A DNA stretch of 64,000 bases from the human T2T-CHM13v2.0 reference genome, Homo sapiens, in NCBI RefSeq assembly GCF_009914755.1, contig NC_060934.1, one strand, 5' to 3'. This document shows, piece by piece, positions 33,651 through 46,009 of the stretch. Under the pieces are notes generated by a model. That model saw only the letters and a list, made by a program, of their open reading frames with translations. It was not told the DNA's origin and did no database searches. The number at the start of each line of letters is the position of its first letter. Position 1 is the stretch's first letter. Both the position numbers and the translations under genes were made by a program.

Positions 33651-34264
33651 AAAATCAGTTTTTAAAAGAGGTTTACATGGCCGTATGGTATTCTCTTTCT
33701 TTTTTGGAAACAATACTATTTGTACCATGTTGTGTTATCAATCTATGTTTGGATTGTTAGCATTTAAGAACTACATTTTTCAGTAGATTGCTCTAGGTTA
33801 TAGCCACTAACAATTACTTATACATAAAAATTTTCTTTTGAGTCATTAGCCAATTTGGGGGGCCTCTCAGGAGAAACTGCATAATTCACTGGGTGAATGC
33901 AAGTTCATTGCTCTTGGAGGCTGTGATAGCATAATCATTGCTTGCTGTATTCATGGTCAGTACACCTTCTGATTTGTTTTTAGTAGTAGTTTTGCCATAT
34001 TCAAAGAAGAGCTCAATCTGAGGAGACTCCTTGATTTGACCTTACTTTGGCATAGCTAGCATATTACCTTAAGTTAGTGTTTGCCATCTATTTTGTTCCC
34101 TGACATTCTCTGTTGACGTTTTATGCCCCGCCCCCCGTGTCCAGCTCCCCTCCTCACAATCCCTGCCCCCTGCTGCCATCTTTAGCACTGGAAAGTTAAG
34201 AGTTTTGATCTCAGAGTTCATCAACTCAAGCTTTTGCTTTTTATTTGTAAAAGAACCATGTGAA

Positions 34265-34403
34265 GCTGGGCTCAGTGGCATACACCTGTAGTCCCAGGTA
34301 CTTGGGAGGCTGAGGCAGGAGGATTATTCGAACTCAGGAGTATGGGTCCAGCCTGGATAACGTAATGAGACCTCCATCTTGAAAAAGGAAAAAAAAAAAA
34401 AAG
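34265..34403 (+). mobile_element. FLAM_A-like monomer
   Basis: TSD AAAAGAACCAT(GT/AC)GAA. Confidence 0.85.
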
Positions 34404-34491
34404 AAAAGAACCATACGAAAGTACATAAGTGTATGAAAAAGCTACTTAACATTTCAAAAAGCAGTAAATGGCACATTGTCAAGTGAGTGGT

Positions 34492-34690
34492 TTTATCAGT
34501 CAGGGTCTCACAAGGAAAACAGAAACCATTTCAGGCATTTACAACAGAAGGAATTCAATGAGGGAAAATTATAATGCAGATAGTGAAAGAGCTGAGAGCC
34601 AAATAGGAGATGGTGAGGTAATGTAGAGATTAGCAACGGGAATCACCACCACCACCTCCTCCAGCTGAAGAAACAAGGGAGATGTGACAT
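34492..34690. mobile_element. Ancient LTR fragment (family uncertain)
   Basis: TATCAGTCAGGGT...GGAAAACAGAAACCA...CAACAGAAGGAATT LTR-terminus-like motif. Confidence 0.45.
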
Positions 34691-35127
34691 TATTGTATAA
34701 GGAGTACAAACAATATTGTTTCAGGGAAAAACATGAAAAAGGAAAATATAATTTGGGACAAGTACAGTGTGCTTCATCTCCTTCTTCCTCCTACTTCCCC
34801 AACCCCCACCCAAAGAACATACAGAAAGCTCTGTAAAAATTGCTAGTTTTTGAATGGAAGCTTTTTACTTTTTCTAAGAGGTGCGAGCCTGTGTGTCAGT
34901 GCTAAAATATAAAAGTAGTTTTTTAAAAGGCCATAAAAATTGGAGTAACATCACCTAGTTCATAATAATTTTTTTTTTAATCTCTAAAGAGGGAAAGAAT
35001 TTATGCCTAGCTAGCTGAAGTGGTCTGAAGAGATAATTTGAAGAGTTATTTGATAATATAAGCCAGTGTTTTTCCCCAACTAAATAATTCTGTCCCCCTC
35101 CCCCATGAGAATGTTCTTTGAAGCAAT

Positions 35128-35778
35128 TGTCAGAGAAGAAATATAATTTTTCCTTAACCCTCATAAGTTCATAGTTGGGGACAGACCTTTGTGACAAATG
35201 ACAGATTAACAAGCGAAAAACAAGCAGGTGTATATTCACGTGTGCAGTGCACATGATGCAGGAGAAACCTCAGTGAGAAGTAATTCAAAGCAGTGGCTTA
35301 GAACACTTGCCTATGTAGCATCTTCAACAAAGAGCAATGAATTTTCCAGAAGTGACAAGACAAAGAAAAGCAGGTTAACACTTCTAAAGGTGGGGAACTA
35401 TGGGAAGGAAAAGTAAATATGTGGCAGTAAACTAGTGGAGTAAGATTTGTGATCCCTCTGGTGCCATATCTGAGTTGATAAGTTGTCTCCAGTAAAGGAG
35501 AATTTATATCTTTAGGTAGAAAAGCAGGAGAGGAGGATAGAAAGAGCTCTTCCTTTATTCATTAATTTTTCTCAACTCCCTCTTCACAGATTTGGTTAAG
35601 AGAGTCTAAAACTATGTTGTCCAGGTTGGCCTCAAACACCTGAGCTCGAGTGATCTCTCATCTCAGTCTCCCGAGTAGCTGGTACTACAGCCACATGCCA
35701 TTGCACCTGCTTCTTCGGTTTAAAATATTTATGTCAAAGAGGAATATTTTGGGGTGACATATTCTGGCTTCCTTTACA
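35128..35778 (-). mobile_element. MER34-family ERV1 solo LTR interrupted by an Alu monomer (about 35590-35710)
   Basis: Minus strand begins TGTAAAGGAAGCCAGAATATGTCACCCCAAAATATTCCTCTTTGACATAA; TG...CA termini. Confidence 0.75.
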
Positions 35779-36460
35779 GCCCTCTGTGCTATATCATGTC
35801 CACAGATACAGTTGTGTATTGGTACACAGAGAGACGGTGTGTAAAATCTCAGAGAATTGATGGTGTATGTATGAAACCTCAGAGAAACTGCCACCCAGAG
35901 AAAGGGAAATAGTTACTAAGGCAGTCTATTTCTTTTTTCTGAAAGTATGAATATGCAACTTTCAGTTACTAGAATTAATTTACTTCAGGCTGCTTGTGGG
36001 TGGATTAGATTAATTGATGAGTATTGGTCAAGAAATAAACCAATGCTTTTGCTGAATGGGCCAATTTTTTTGGCTTTCCCTAAAAGCAGAAATCACAGAA
36101 TCATAAAGGTAATTAAACCATGGTTTTCATGGCTGTTTAATCTATTTTCTTGACTTTGAGAAATTTAGTGTTTGAGGCTTTTAAAAAATCTCTCTTTTCC
36201 GTAATATTACTTAAATTTTCTATTGGAAACACAATTTTAAGACAGAATTAATAAGTAGTGTGGAATAAGACAATGATAATACACTTAGAATAAGGTTTGA
36301 AAAATGCAGTATTATTTAATGGAATGAGCTTCAAGATAAAAAGGCTCTAGTTCTGTTTGTAGCTCTGTACCTGTTTAGTTGTATTATTAAGGTTTGTTGC
36401 TGAACCTCTTTATGTCTGTTCCGCAAGTCTGCATGTAGGGTAATAGTACTTCTGTTCATC

Positions 36461-36920
36461 TGTAGCAGGACGAGCCGCAGACAAAACTCCTCAAACACCA
36501 ACTTAAAGAGGGAAGGGGTTTATTCGGCCAGGGTTATCGGCAAGACTCCTGTCTCGAGAGCCTAGCCCCCGAGTGAGCAATTCCTGTCCCTTTTAAGGGC
36601 TCACAACTCTAAGGGGGTGCGTGTGAGAGGGTCGTGATTGATTGAGCAAGCAGGGGGTACATGACTGGGGGCTGCATGCACTGGTAATTAGATCGGAACA
36701 AAACAGGATAGGGATTTTCACAGTGCTTTTCTATACAATGTCTGTAATCTATAGATAACATAACCGATTAGGTCGGGGTCAGTCTTTAACTACCAGGCCC
36801 AGGGTGTGGCACCAGGCTGTCTGCTTGTGGATTTCATTTCTGCCTTTTAGTTTTTACTTTTTCTTTCTTTGGAGGCAGAAATTGGGCATAAGACAATATG
36901 AGGGGTGGTCTCCTCCCTTA
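36461..36920 (-). mobile_element. LTR2 (HERV-E/Harlequin) solo LTR, 460 bp
   Basis: Minus strand TAAGGGAGGAGACCACCCCTCATATTGTCTTATGCCCAATTTCTGCCTCC...TGCGGCTCGTCCTGCTACA; TATA-like TTAAAA and AATAAA retained; ATC on both flanks. Confidence 0.92.
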
Positions 36921-37002
36921 ATCTTATAAACTTAGCATGAAGTTTAAATTAAGTCTATGAAATTTGTTTTAAAATAAAAACTCTCAGTACAAAAATAAAT
37001 AC

Positions 37003-37380
37003 TCTTACAGACTGAATGTTTCTTCCCCCCAAATTGATACTACAAATTTACATATTATAGGGTTGAAGCCTAACCCTCAATGTGACTATTTGGAGATAGT
37101 GGCCTGGGAGGAAGTGACAGAGGTTAAATGAAGTCATAAGGGTGGACCCCTAATCCTATAGGGCTGGTGCCTGTTTAAGAAGAAGACATGCCAGAGCTCT
37201 TTCTCTCCACCGTGTGAGAATACAGTGTGAAGGTAGCTGCCTGCAAGCCAAGAAGAGAGCCCTCACCAGAAACCAATCCTTGATTTGGAGCTTCTAGCCT
37301 CTAGAACTGTGAGAAAATAAATTTCTGTTGTTGAAGCCATCCACTCTTTGATATTTTGACAGCCTGAGCAGACTGAGATA
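37003..37380 (+). mobile_element. MLT1A-type MaLR LTR
   Basis: GACTGAATGTT..., GGTTAAATGAAGTCATAAGGGTGG, AGAACTGTGAGAAAATAAATTTCTGTTGTT. Confidence 0.85.
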
Positions 37381-37422
37381 CTCCTGATGCTACATTATTT
37401 TTAAATTCTGTAAAACTTTAAA

Positions 37423-37723
37423 TTTTTTTTTTTTTGAGACAGAGTCTAGCTCTTTTGCCTGGGCTAGAGTGTAGTTGCGTGATCACAGCTCACCGTAGCC
37501 TCGACCTTTTGTATTCAAGTGATCTTCCTACCTCAGCCTCCTGAGTAGCAAGGACCACAGGCATATACCATGATGCCGGGCTAATTTATTTTATTTTATT
37601 TTTGGTGGAGACAATGTCTCACTATATTGCTCAGGCTGCTCTTGAAGTCCTGGGCTCAAGCGATCCTCCCATCTCAGCCTCTCAAAGTATGGGGATTACA
37701 GGTGTGAGCCACCTCACCCAGCC
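37423..37723 (-). mobile_element. AluJ
   Basis: Full antisense dimer. Confidence 0.92.
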
Positions 37724-37904
37724 AAAATTTTGAAATCTTTATTCAAGAAATGGTTCCCTGAAAAACCAGGTTATAATGCTCAAAAGTCACACTTTAAGAG
37801 AAAGGAATATTTAGTGAGCACTTAACACCAGGGCTTGTTTTAGATTTATTTAAAAATATATTTTATAATTTGGTCCTCAAAAAACCCTACGTCATAAATG
37901 TTTT

Positions 37905-38224
<320 letters not shown>

Positions 38225-39019
38225 CATAGATATTTTCATTCCTATTCAATAGACAAGGCAACTAAAACCCAAGATCTTACAATTAGTAAATGATAGGGCT
38301 GAAATTCAAACATAGTCTCTCAGAAGCTTTTAAATTATGTCCTGATACCTTCTGTTTCTTCTAGTTGTACTGGACTCAGTCAAATGCCAGGCAGGATACA
38401 AAGGTTAGTGCCACCGTAGAATGTTATAAGTTGGAAAAAAATTGTAGACTTCATCTAATCTAACTTTCTCATTTTATGGATGAGAAAACTAAGGTCCAGA
38501 GAGTTAATGAAGTGACTGAAGATTAGAGCTAATTAGTGAAGTGTGAAGATCAATATTGCTAATGTTTTGCAGTCCATTTTTAAACCTGTGTAAATGCTAA
38601 CCATTAGTAATGAGAAGCGTCAGAAAATGTTGAACAAAAGGTTTGAGTTGTATGTGGAACCAATCTTAAGCCACCAAATGAGCCTACATTTGTAATCTTT
38701 CTACTTTGTGTCTCCCAAAGAATGGAAGTAACAGTTGATAAGAAAGATAGGGCTGTCATATAATTTATAGACCTATTTTCATCTTGGAAAATTTATTCTG
38801 AGGTACAAAGAAAACGAAGTTATCTTATGGCCAGAATACCTTTTCTCACCTTGTCACGTGATGGTACTTTTTGGTATTTTATGATCGGCACTGCCATGCC
38901 TTCATGGGGACCTGTCTTTTTGCAAGTTCTTTCTCAACTGTGATGACTGACTTTGCCCAAATTCCAGATTTGATTAGTGGAAAGAATGATATATATGTTG
39001 ATGTAAGACATTTAATTTC

Positions 39020-39301
39020 TTTTTTAAAAAGTATTTTTTAATTTCAATAGCTTTTGGGCTACAGGTGGTTTGGTTACAACCACCTGTAACATAGATGGTT
39101 ACATAGTTTTTTGATTGTATAGATGAAGTATATAGTGGTGAATTCTGAGATTTTAGTGTACCAATTACCTGAGTAGTGTACATTGTACCCAATATGTAGT
39201 TTTTTTATTCCACACTCCCTCCTCTGAGTCTCCAAAGTCCATTATATCACTCTGTATGCCTTTGTGTACTCAGAGCTTAGCTCCCACTTGTAAGTGAGAA
39301 G
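39020..39301 (-). mobile_element. L1PB-type 3' end
   Basis: TAGTGGTGAATTCTGAGATTTTAGTG...CTCCAAAGTCCATTATATCACTCTGTATGCC...AGCTCCCACTT.TAAGTGAGAA. Confidence 0.88.
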
Positions 39302-39489
39302 ATTTAGGAACGTATTTTTAGTTCTATCAGTTCCAAGATCTTTTAAGAACTATTTTATTTATCCAAAGTGATTTGTCCTTAGGCTCCTTAGGCCCCCTGA
39401 ATATCTGACAAAATATATTAGTACTGGAAGTTCAGCCCTTAAATCAAGGATTTGGAAATCTTCAGAAAGTATGAAAATACCATTTTATA

Positions 39490-39742
39490 ACCCTCTAAAA
39501 TCAAAACATACAAACCTGCTAGATTAAATCAGGAAGAAAAGAAACCCTGAACAGACCAATAGCAAGCAGTGAGATTGAATCAGTAATTTTAAAACTGCCA
39601 ACAAAAACAAAAAAAGCCCAGGGCCAGATGGATTCACAGCTGAAATCTACCAGACATTCAAAGAAGAATTGGTACCAATCAATCCTAGTGAAACTATTCC
39701 AAAAGACTGAGAAAAAGGGAATCCTCCCTAAATCATTCCTAA
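39490..39742 (+). mobile_element. Isolated L1 ORF2 internal fragment (Z-domain region)
   Basis: AGCCCAGGGCCAGATGGATTCACAGCTGAA encodes [10 protein letters not shown]; no 3'UTR or tail. Confidence 0.9.
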
Positions 39743-40019
39743 TGACAATACATACTATGATTTTAAAAAATAGATGGTATTTGATATAATAGAGGAACAG
39801 GGATTTTTTTTTTTTAAACTACATACATGCAAGTTCCATGGAAAGACTGGGTCACAGTGAATCCTTGTCTTGTTAATAAAAAGAGGCATGTGAGAAGTAG
39901 TAAACTGGAAGGACTGGTGAGGAAATGTGAAAGGAACTCATATTGCCAATTAAGATTCTGGATTGAAGAAAAATGTTTTAATTATACTAATAGAATCTTT
40001 TTAATTATGAACATGTGTC

Positions 40020-41240
40020 AGTTCTAAAATACTATTGAGCACCTCTACGTACAGGAACTATGCTAGGTACTGGGAATGCAGTTTTAAGTAAGATAGATTT
40101 TCTGCCTTCGATATTGTTAAGGTTTAGTCAGGAAGCAGGCACAGATAGTGATAGTATAATGTCATAAAACTGTTCCCCAGTGTATTAGGTGTTTTTTTTT
40201 TCCTGCAGTAATAAATTAAAATAACAAATTTATTATCTTGCATTTCTGTAGGTCAGAAATCTGACAGAGGTCCCACTGGGCTAAAATCAACGTGTCTTCA
40301 GGGATGTGTTCCTTTCTGGACCTGTGAGAGCAGAATCTGTTTCCTTGCCTTTTCTGGTTTCTGGAGACTACCCACATTTCCTTGGTTCATGATTTTTTTC
40401 TCCATCTTCAAAGCTAGTGTTTTCTGTTCCTTTCAGGCTGCCATCTCTCTGGTTCTCTGGAGCTGGAACAGGTTTTCTGATTTTAATTGATTAAATAACT
40501 GTGATTAGATTGTGCCCACCTGGATAATCCTGGGTGCAAACTTTTTCATTTTTACATCAAAGTCCTTAGCCACGTCTGTAAAGTTCCTTTTGCCACGTAA
40601 GGTAACATATTCACTAATTTTGAGGATTAGGGCATGGACACATTTTGGGGTCCTTATTTCACCTACCATACTAAGGAAATATCAAAGAGTCTGGCACCTA
40701 ACCCAGTTTAGGAGCCCAGGAAAAGCTTCGAGGAGCAGATCAGCTGGGTCTCAAACTGGGTGAAGCGGGAGTATGAGTGGCTGCTGGCTGGGTGTCAAAT
40801 GAGTGAGGGAAAGGCATTTGAGCTAAGGGGAGCTACATGAGTATATATAGAGGTGTGAAAAAGAATGGGTTTTAACATTAATTTTTATTTTTTAAAGAAT
40901 CACAAATCAGTAAAAATGTAGTATGAAATGGTAGCTTGGGGATGAGTAGGGATGGAGAGAAAGGTTTGATTATGGTGGGACTTTGCATACTGTGCTTTAC
41001 AGCTTCAGTTTATCCTGTAGACAGTGGCATGACATTGAAGGATTTGAAACTGGCGAGTGACTTGATTAGATTTCACTTTAGGTAGATCATATTCAGCTGT
41101 CTGGAGGGGGAATAGGCTGGCGGTAAAGAGACTGAAAAGGCTTTTACTATATAGTTCAGGTATCTTTATATATAATTCAGCTGATTAAGTTTTTGGCTTA
41201 GGTGACTGAGTCATACCATCAGAGATAGGAAAATACAGAA
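40020..41240. mobile_element. L2 interrupted by an antisense MLT1D-like LTR (40181-40670)
   Basis: TATTGAGCACCTCTAC...; LTR motifs AAATTTATTATCTT..., GGGCTAAAATCAA.GTGTC, TAAGGTAACATATTCAC. Confidence 0.75.
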
Positions 41241-42342
41241 AGAAAGCTATGAGAGGTGTAAGGTAATATTAATACTCTCCCCTTCACACTCCCCTTCCAC
41301 ACACACACACGCATGTGCTCAACCAAAGAATGAACCTTGATTAAAGTCAGCCTAAATTTCTATTTTTTTTCTCTAAAAGTAGCCATTTACCATCAGTAAA
41401 TAAGCAGAACAGTTTAGGTTGAACTGTTATATTTTCCCTTCTTAGGAGCTGACTTTATTTCCTTTAGCATCCCCTTCACATTTACATAATGTTGACTGGA
41501 CACATGTTTTGTCTTTCCTTGTCCTGTGGCTTTCAGTTCCACTAAATGATTTAAGAAATTAAGGCATTGTACAAGTCCATTCCAGTTTACTTTCTTCTTC
41601 ATTTTGCTGTGGTGATTGAGCCAGTTTCTGGCTTTCCAAATAGCCCATTATTCAATTTAATGGACAGTGTAATCTTGTCTGCAGAAGGAACTTGTTATTT
41701 GAAGATATCAGAAACATTCCAGGGACATAGTTACTGGTTGGGAGTGGAATTTGTGTGTAGACCTGGTATTAAAAAAACCTTGTGGTTTTGCAGCATTCTA
41801 ATGTATTGCATACCTAGGAATTCTAGCTATTTTGAAAGATGATTCTGTGGTTGGTCCAGTAGCTAAAAGGTAACATAACATTTGAGCACATGTGCCCAAA
41901 TATGTTGTTTACCAGATGAATTAAGAGTTCTTACATTACACTGCTAAAACTATAAAATGTTTAAATGGTGATTATACTTTTTCATTGGGAAGACTATGCA
42001 GTAGGGAAGAATTACAATTTGGATTTAAAGTATTACATTCCCCTAAACAGATTTGGGGTTATAATTTTAATATTTCTAATTGAGATATGGGCTGCAGTCT
42101 ACTCAGAGTAACTAAGAAATGTAATTGCCATGAAGTTCTGAGTAGATGTATATGACTTTTGGCTATATTAAGAGAATAGGATTTATCAGGGAATGGTCTG
42201 AATTTCTATAGCACAAGTTAACTGTAAATACTTTGAGAAAGCCACTAAATAGATTCATTAATGACCACATATTTATAGAACAGGAAAACATACGACTTAT
42301 ATTGATGTGATTTTTGCCCTTATAAAGAATTAAATATTAGAG

Positions 42343-42478
42343 GGCCGGGAGTAATGGCTTGTGCCTGTAATCTCAGCACTTTGGGAGGCCGAGGTGGGCA
42401 GATCGCTTGAGCCCAGGAGTTCAAGAACATCTTGGGCAACATGGTGAACCCCATCTCTTAAAAAAAAAAAAAAAAAAA
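42343..42478 (+). mobile_element. Alu left monomer (FLAM_C/AluJb)
   Basis: Left arm followed by long A run. Confidence 0.88.
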
Positions 42479-42884
42479 GAGAGAGTTAGGGCATGTAGAA
42501 CAAGAGTTTTAATGAAAAGATTTTTGTGTTTTGGCCCTTAACCTCGGTCTATAAATTCAGTTGTTGATAGCATAGTGCAGTTAATTTACAACTATTTGAT
42601 TGTTTAGAAATGTATTAATTAAAATAGTTTTGCCCATAAAATGTTGCAAAATCTATAAATGGTTTCGTAAGAAGTACTATAAAAGAGGAGATGATAGAAG
42701 AGGGTAATGAGTAGAAGGGAAAGGTTTTATTAGCCTTTTGTTCTTCTTTATGCTACCTCCTTCTATAAAGTTGTTATTTCCTAGGTCATGTTTTATATTT
42801 CAAAGATTATTATTTTAATAATCTGTAGGGCTTTCTATTATAGATATTATTAAGGCAAATACCTCCAGGAAGAATAAGCAATAA

Positions 42885-43188
42885 GTCTGGGCATGGTGAC
42901 TCACACTTGTATTCCCAGCATTTTGGAAGGCAAAGGCAGGAAGATAGCTTGTGCCCAGGAGTTCAAGACTAGCCTGGATAACATAGCAAGACTCCATCTA
43001 TACAAAAAATAAGAAATATAGCCAGGCATGGTGGCACGTATCTCTGGTGCCAGCTACTCCAGAGGCTGAGGCAGGAGGATTGCTTAAGCCCAATATGTTG
43101 ATGCTGCAGTGAGTTATGATCTACACTCTAGCCTGGGTAACAAAGCCAGACGCTGTCTCAAAAAAAAAAAAAAAAAAGAAAGAAAGAA
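42885..43188 (+). mobile_element. AluJ
   Basis: Full dimer; A/(AAAG)n tail. Confidence 0.92.
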
Positions 43189-43226
43189 ACTCGACAGAAT
43201 AAAAACAATTCAGATGACTATTTTCT

Positions 43227-43535
43227 TTTATTTTATTTTCTTTTTCTTTTTTTTGAGTCAGAATCTTGCTCCCAGGCTGGAAGACATGGAGTGCAATGGC
43301 GAGATCATAACTCACTGCAGCCTTGACCTCCTAGGCTCCACTGATCTTCTTGACTCAGCCTCTTGAGTAGCTGGGACTACAGGCATGTGCCACCACACCC
43401 AGCTAATTTTTAAATTTTTTGTAGAGATGTGGGGGTCTCACTGTTTTGCGGGCTAGTCTTGAACACCTGGCCTCAAGCAGTCCTCTCACCATGGCCTTCC
43501 ACAGTGCTGGGATTGCAGGCGTGAGCCACCATGAC
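43227..43535 (-). mobile_element. AluJ
   Basis: TSD TGACT(A/G)TTTTTC. Confidence 0.92.
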
Positions 43536-43968
43536 TGACTGTTTTTCATTTCTTGACATTCATATCAATTGGAATAAAGTTAAGAGAAAGTTGCAAATTT
43601 CAAGTACCTTTTGTGTGGCTCTTTTTTCTTGTCTTTCTTTTTATAGTATAAGTATGACAAGACTAGATTTTCTTGAATCTCAGATTAAACCCAACGTGTC
43701 TTAATTAGCATTAGCAATTTATGGCAAAAGTCAAGGTTTGCCACAGTCTCTGCAGTTCAGATATCAGCTTTTCTTTTAATGGCCTTTATATATTGCTAAG
43801 TACAAAATATGCAAGAAAAAGACAACCTATGTTTATTCATTACACATAGATCATTGAAGTCATGAATTAGAAATCTGTACCTTAGAGCTGCTTGGACTAC
43901 TAGAACCCTTGAATATTTTTCAATTTTACCTTTAACTAAAAAAAATTCCTTTCTCATCTGTACTTTAG

Positions 43969-44423
43969 GAGATTGCAGAATCTTGTGGCGAGGGTATTAA
44001 AACTGACCATTCAAAGTCATAGCCCATTTCTTGGTACTTGCATTTCTCTCTGTGTAAAATTGGTACTTCATAGCCTTCTGATCCTGTATTTCTGATACTT
44101 ATTGATCAATTATGATTGAAAGCCAGGTTGTTTAACGCTCTGTCAGTCTTCAAATGAACTTTTATTTATTAAACTGTTTATTCCTTCTGATTTAAATAAA
44201 TTTCATTTCCCAAAGATGAGTAGGTATGAAAAATAATACTCAGAAGAGATTGTTCTTGTGGGGAGAACTGCTTCTACAGGATCTAGCTTTGATTTTGTAT
44301 CTTTCAATCTTTTTAAAATCAACTTTAACGAATTTAAACCTATTTTAAGTGTACAAGTAATAAGTTTGACAATTGTATGTGACTTCTACCACAATAAAAT
44401 ATAGAACATTTTTATCATTCTAT
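43969..44423 (+). other. Candidate cryptic or alternative terminal exon
   Basis: TTAAC branch-like motif, pyrimidine tract and TAG acceptor at 43932-43968; AATAAA at 44195 and 44393; motif evidence only. Confidence 0.3.
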
Positions 44424-44856
44424 AAGTTCCCTTGTGCTGCTTTGCAAAGTTACCTGTCTTCTGTCATTAAAAATTAGTTTTAGAGTCTGTATATAAGAAT
44501 TATGATTTATTTGTCTTTTCGTTATTTTGTGAAAAGGATGATTTCATGTCTTTTTTTTTATTTTAATGGATTACTTTGGTTTAAGACTTCAGGAGTTTCC
44601 AAATTAAAATAATTTCCTTTCTGCTGTCTGTCATGATCTTCTCGTTTCTGAAGTTGCCTAGGAAAGGTCTTAGCTGCAATTCATAGTTAAGAAAACTGAG
44701 ACACAGGTATTATAGAGGCTCAGAGATTACATAGGACTATGTGAGTTCTTGCTTGTTGAAAAAGGACTCGGAAGTCTTGTGAGGAGAATGAAAATATTTT
44801 GATTTGACTATATTTATGGTTTGTAATATCAAATAGGTTCATTTCAGCTCTTTTGT

Positions 44857-45020
44857 ATTTAATTTAATTTAATTTAATTTAACTGTGTTTTAATTTTTTT
44901 TGTAGAGATGAGGTCTCACTATGTTGCTTGGGTTGGTCTTGAACCCCTGGGCTCAAGTGATCCTTCAGCCTCAGCCTCCCAAAGTGCTGGGATTACAGGC
45001 ACAATTCTTTGCGCCTGACC
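44857..45020 (-). mobile_element. FLAM_C-like monomer with (ATTTA)n tail
   Basis: TSD CATTTCAGCTCT (44840-44851, 45021-45032). Confidence 0.88.
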
Positions 45021-46009
45021 CATTTCAGCTCTCTTGTCTCTGCGTGTTAGGTTCTGATGAATTTATAAGGGACAGAAATTAAGGATTTAAGATTTGTGTT
45101 TGAGTGCTGAGTCTTTCCCTTTTTGGGGGGATGACTTTGGTCAAAAGGTTTGGTCACTTAAGATTTCTGAAGTTTAGTTTTCTGATCTGTAAAATGAAAT
45201 AATAATTCACAGTCTTATAGGAATGAAAAGGGAATGTATGAATAGACAGGAGTTTAATTTTGGGATAAATTTTACTGGTTGTTTCATCTTCATCTTGTTA
45301 GGCTCTTTTAATTTAGGCAGATGTTAGATGATCAGATCAACTTGGAAAAACAATATTTGAGGGAACATAGAAAATGTCAAGATTCTTAAAATGACTTGTA
45401 CTATCTATTAAGATGAAGAGTTTCCAAGGCGAATAAAAAAGGCTCATGAAACAACGAGCAGTTATCTTTGAACCAGAGAGGAAAACAAAAAAAAACAAAA
45501 AAACAAACAAAAGACTTTTTTAAAAAAAGAAGTTGCATTAATTTTTGCATAAAATAAAATTGTCATAGAATCTTTCTTAAATTCTGTTTCTGCAATCCTT
45601 GGAATTTTAGGTGGAACTACTGACTATGAAGTCATTTTGGTATTTTATTAATCCATTTTGCCTAGGTTTTGAGATAGACATATGGTTTGTAGTCAATAAG
45701 ATTCTGAAGAACTACACAAAGGCTTCTGGAAATTTATTTCTTGTTTTTAAAAACATTTATATAATCTCAGTCAATTTAGGATTTAATATTCATGTTAGAA
45801 TTCCAGTAAATTAGAATTAGGCAAATCAGTCTTGAACACTATGCTAAGTAGTGAAGTTATCAAACCTCTTTTGTAATATTGTGTATCTATACAGTGGTTG
45901 CAAAATAGGCTCAGAAGGTTGCATAGAACTAAGTTAGCATGATGATAGTTTCAACCTCTTAAATGGTGAGGTTAGTCCATTCACTTTGATTGTCATTACT
46001 AATATATTG

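Noticed and set aside
39490-39742. Idea that this fragment is the piece missing from the long L1 at 53.26 kb
   Set aside because: It extends beyond the gap on both sides and differs substantially from the long L1 in the overlapping flanks, so it looks like another subfamily.
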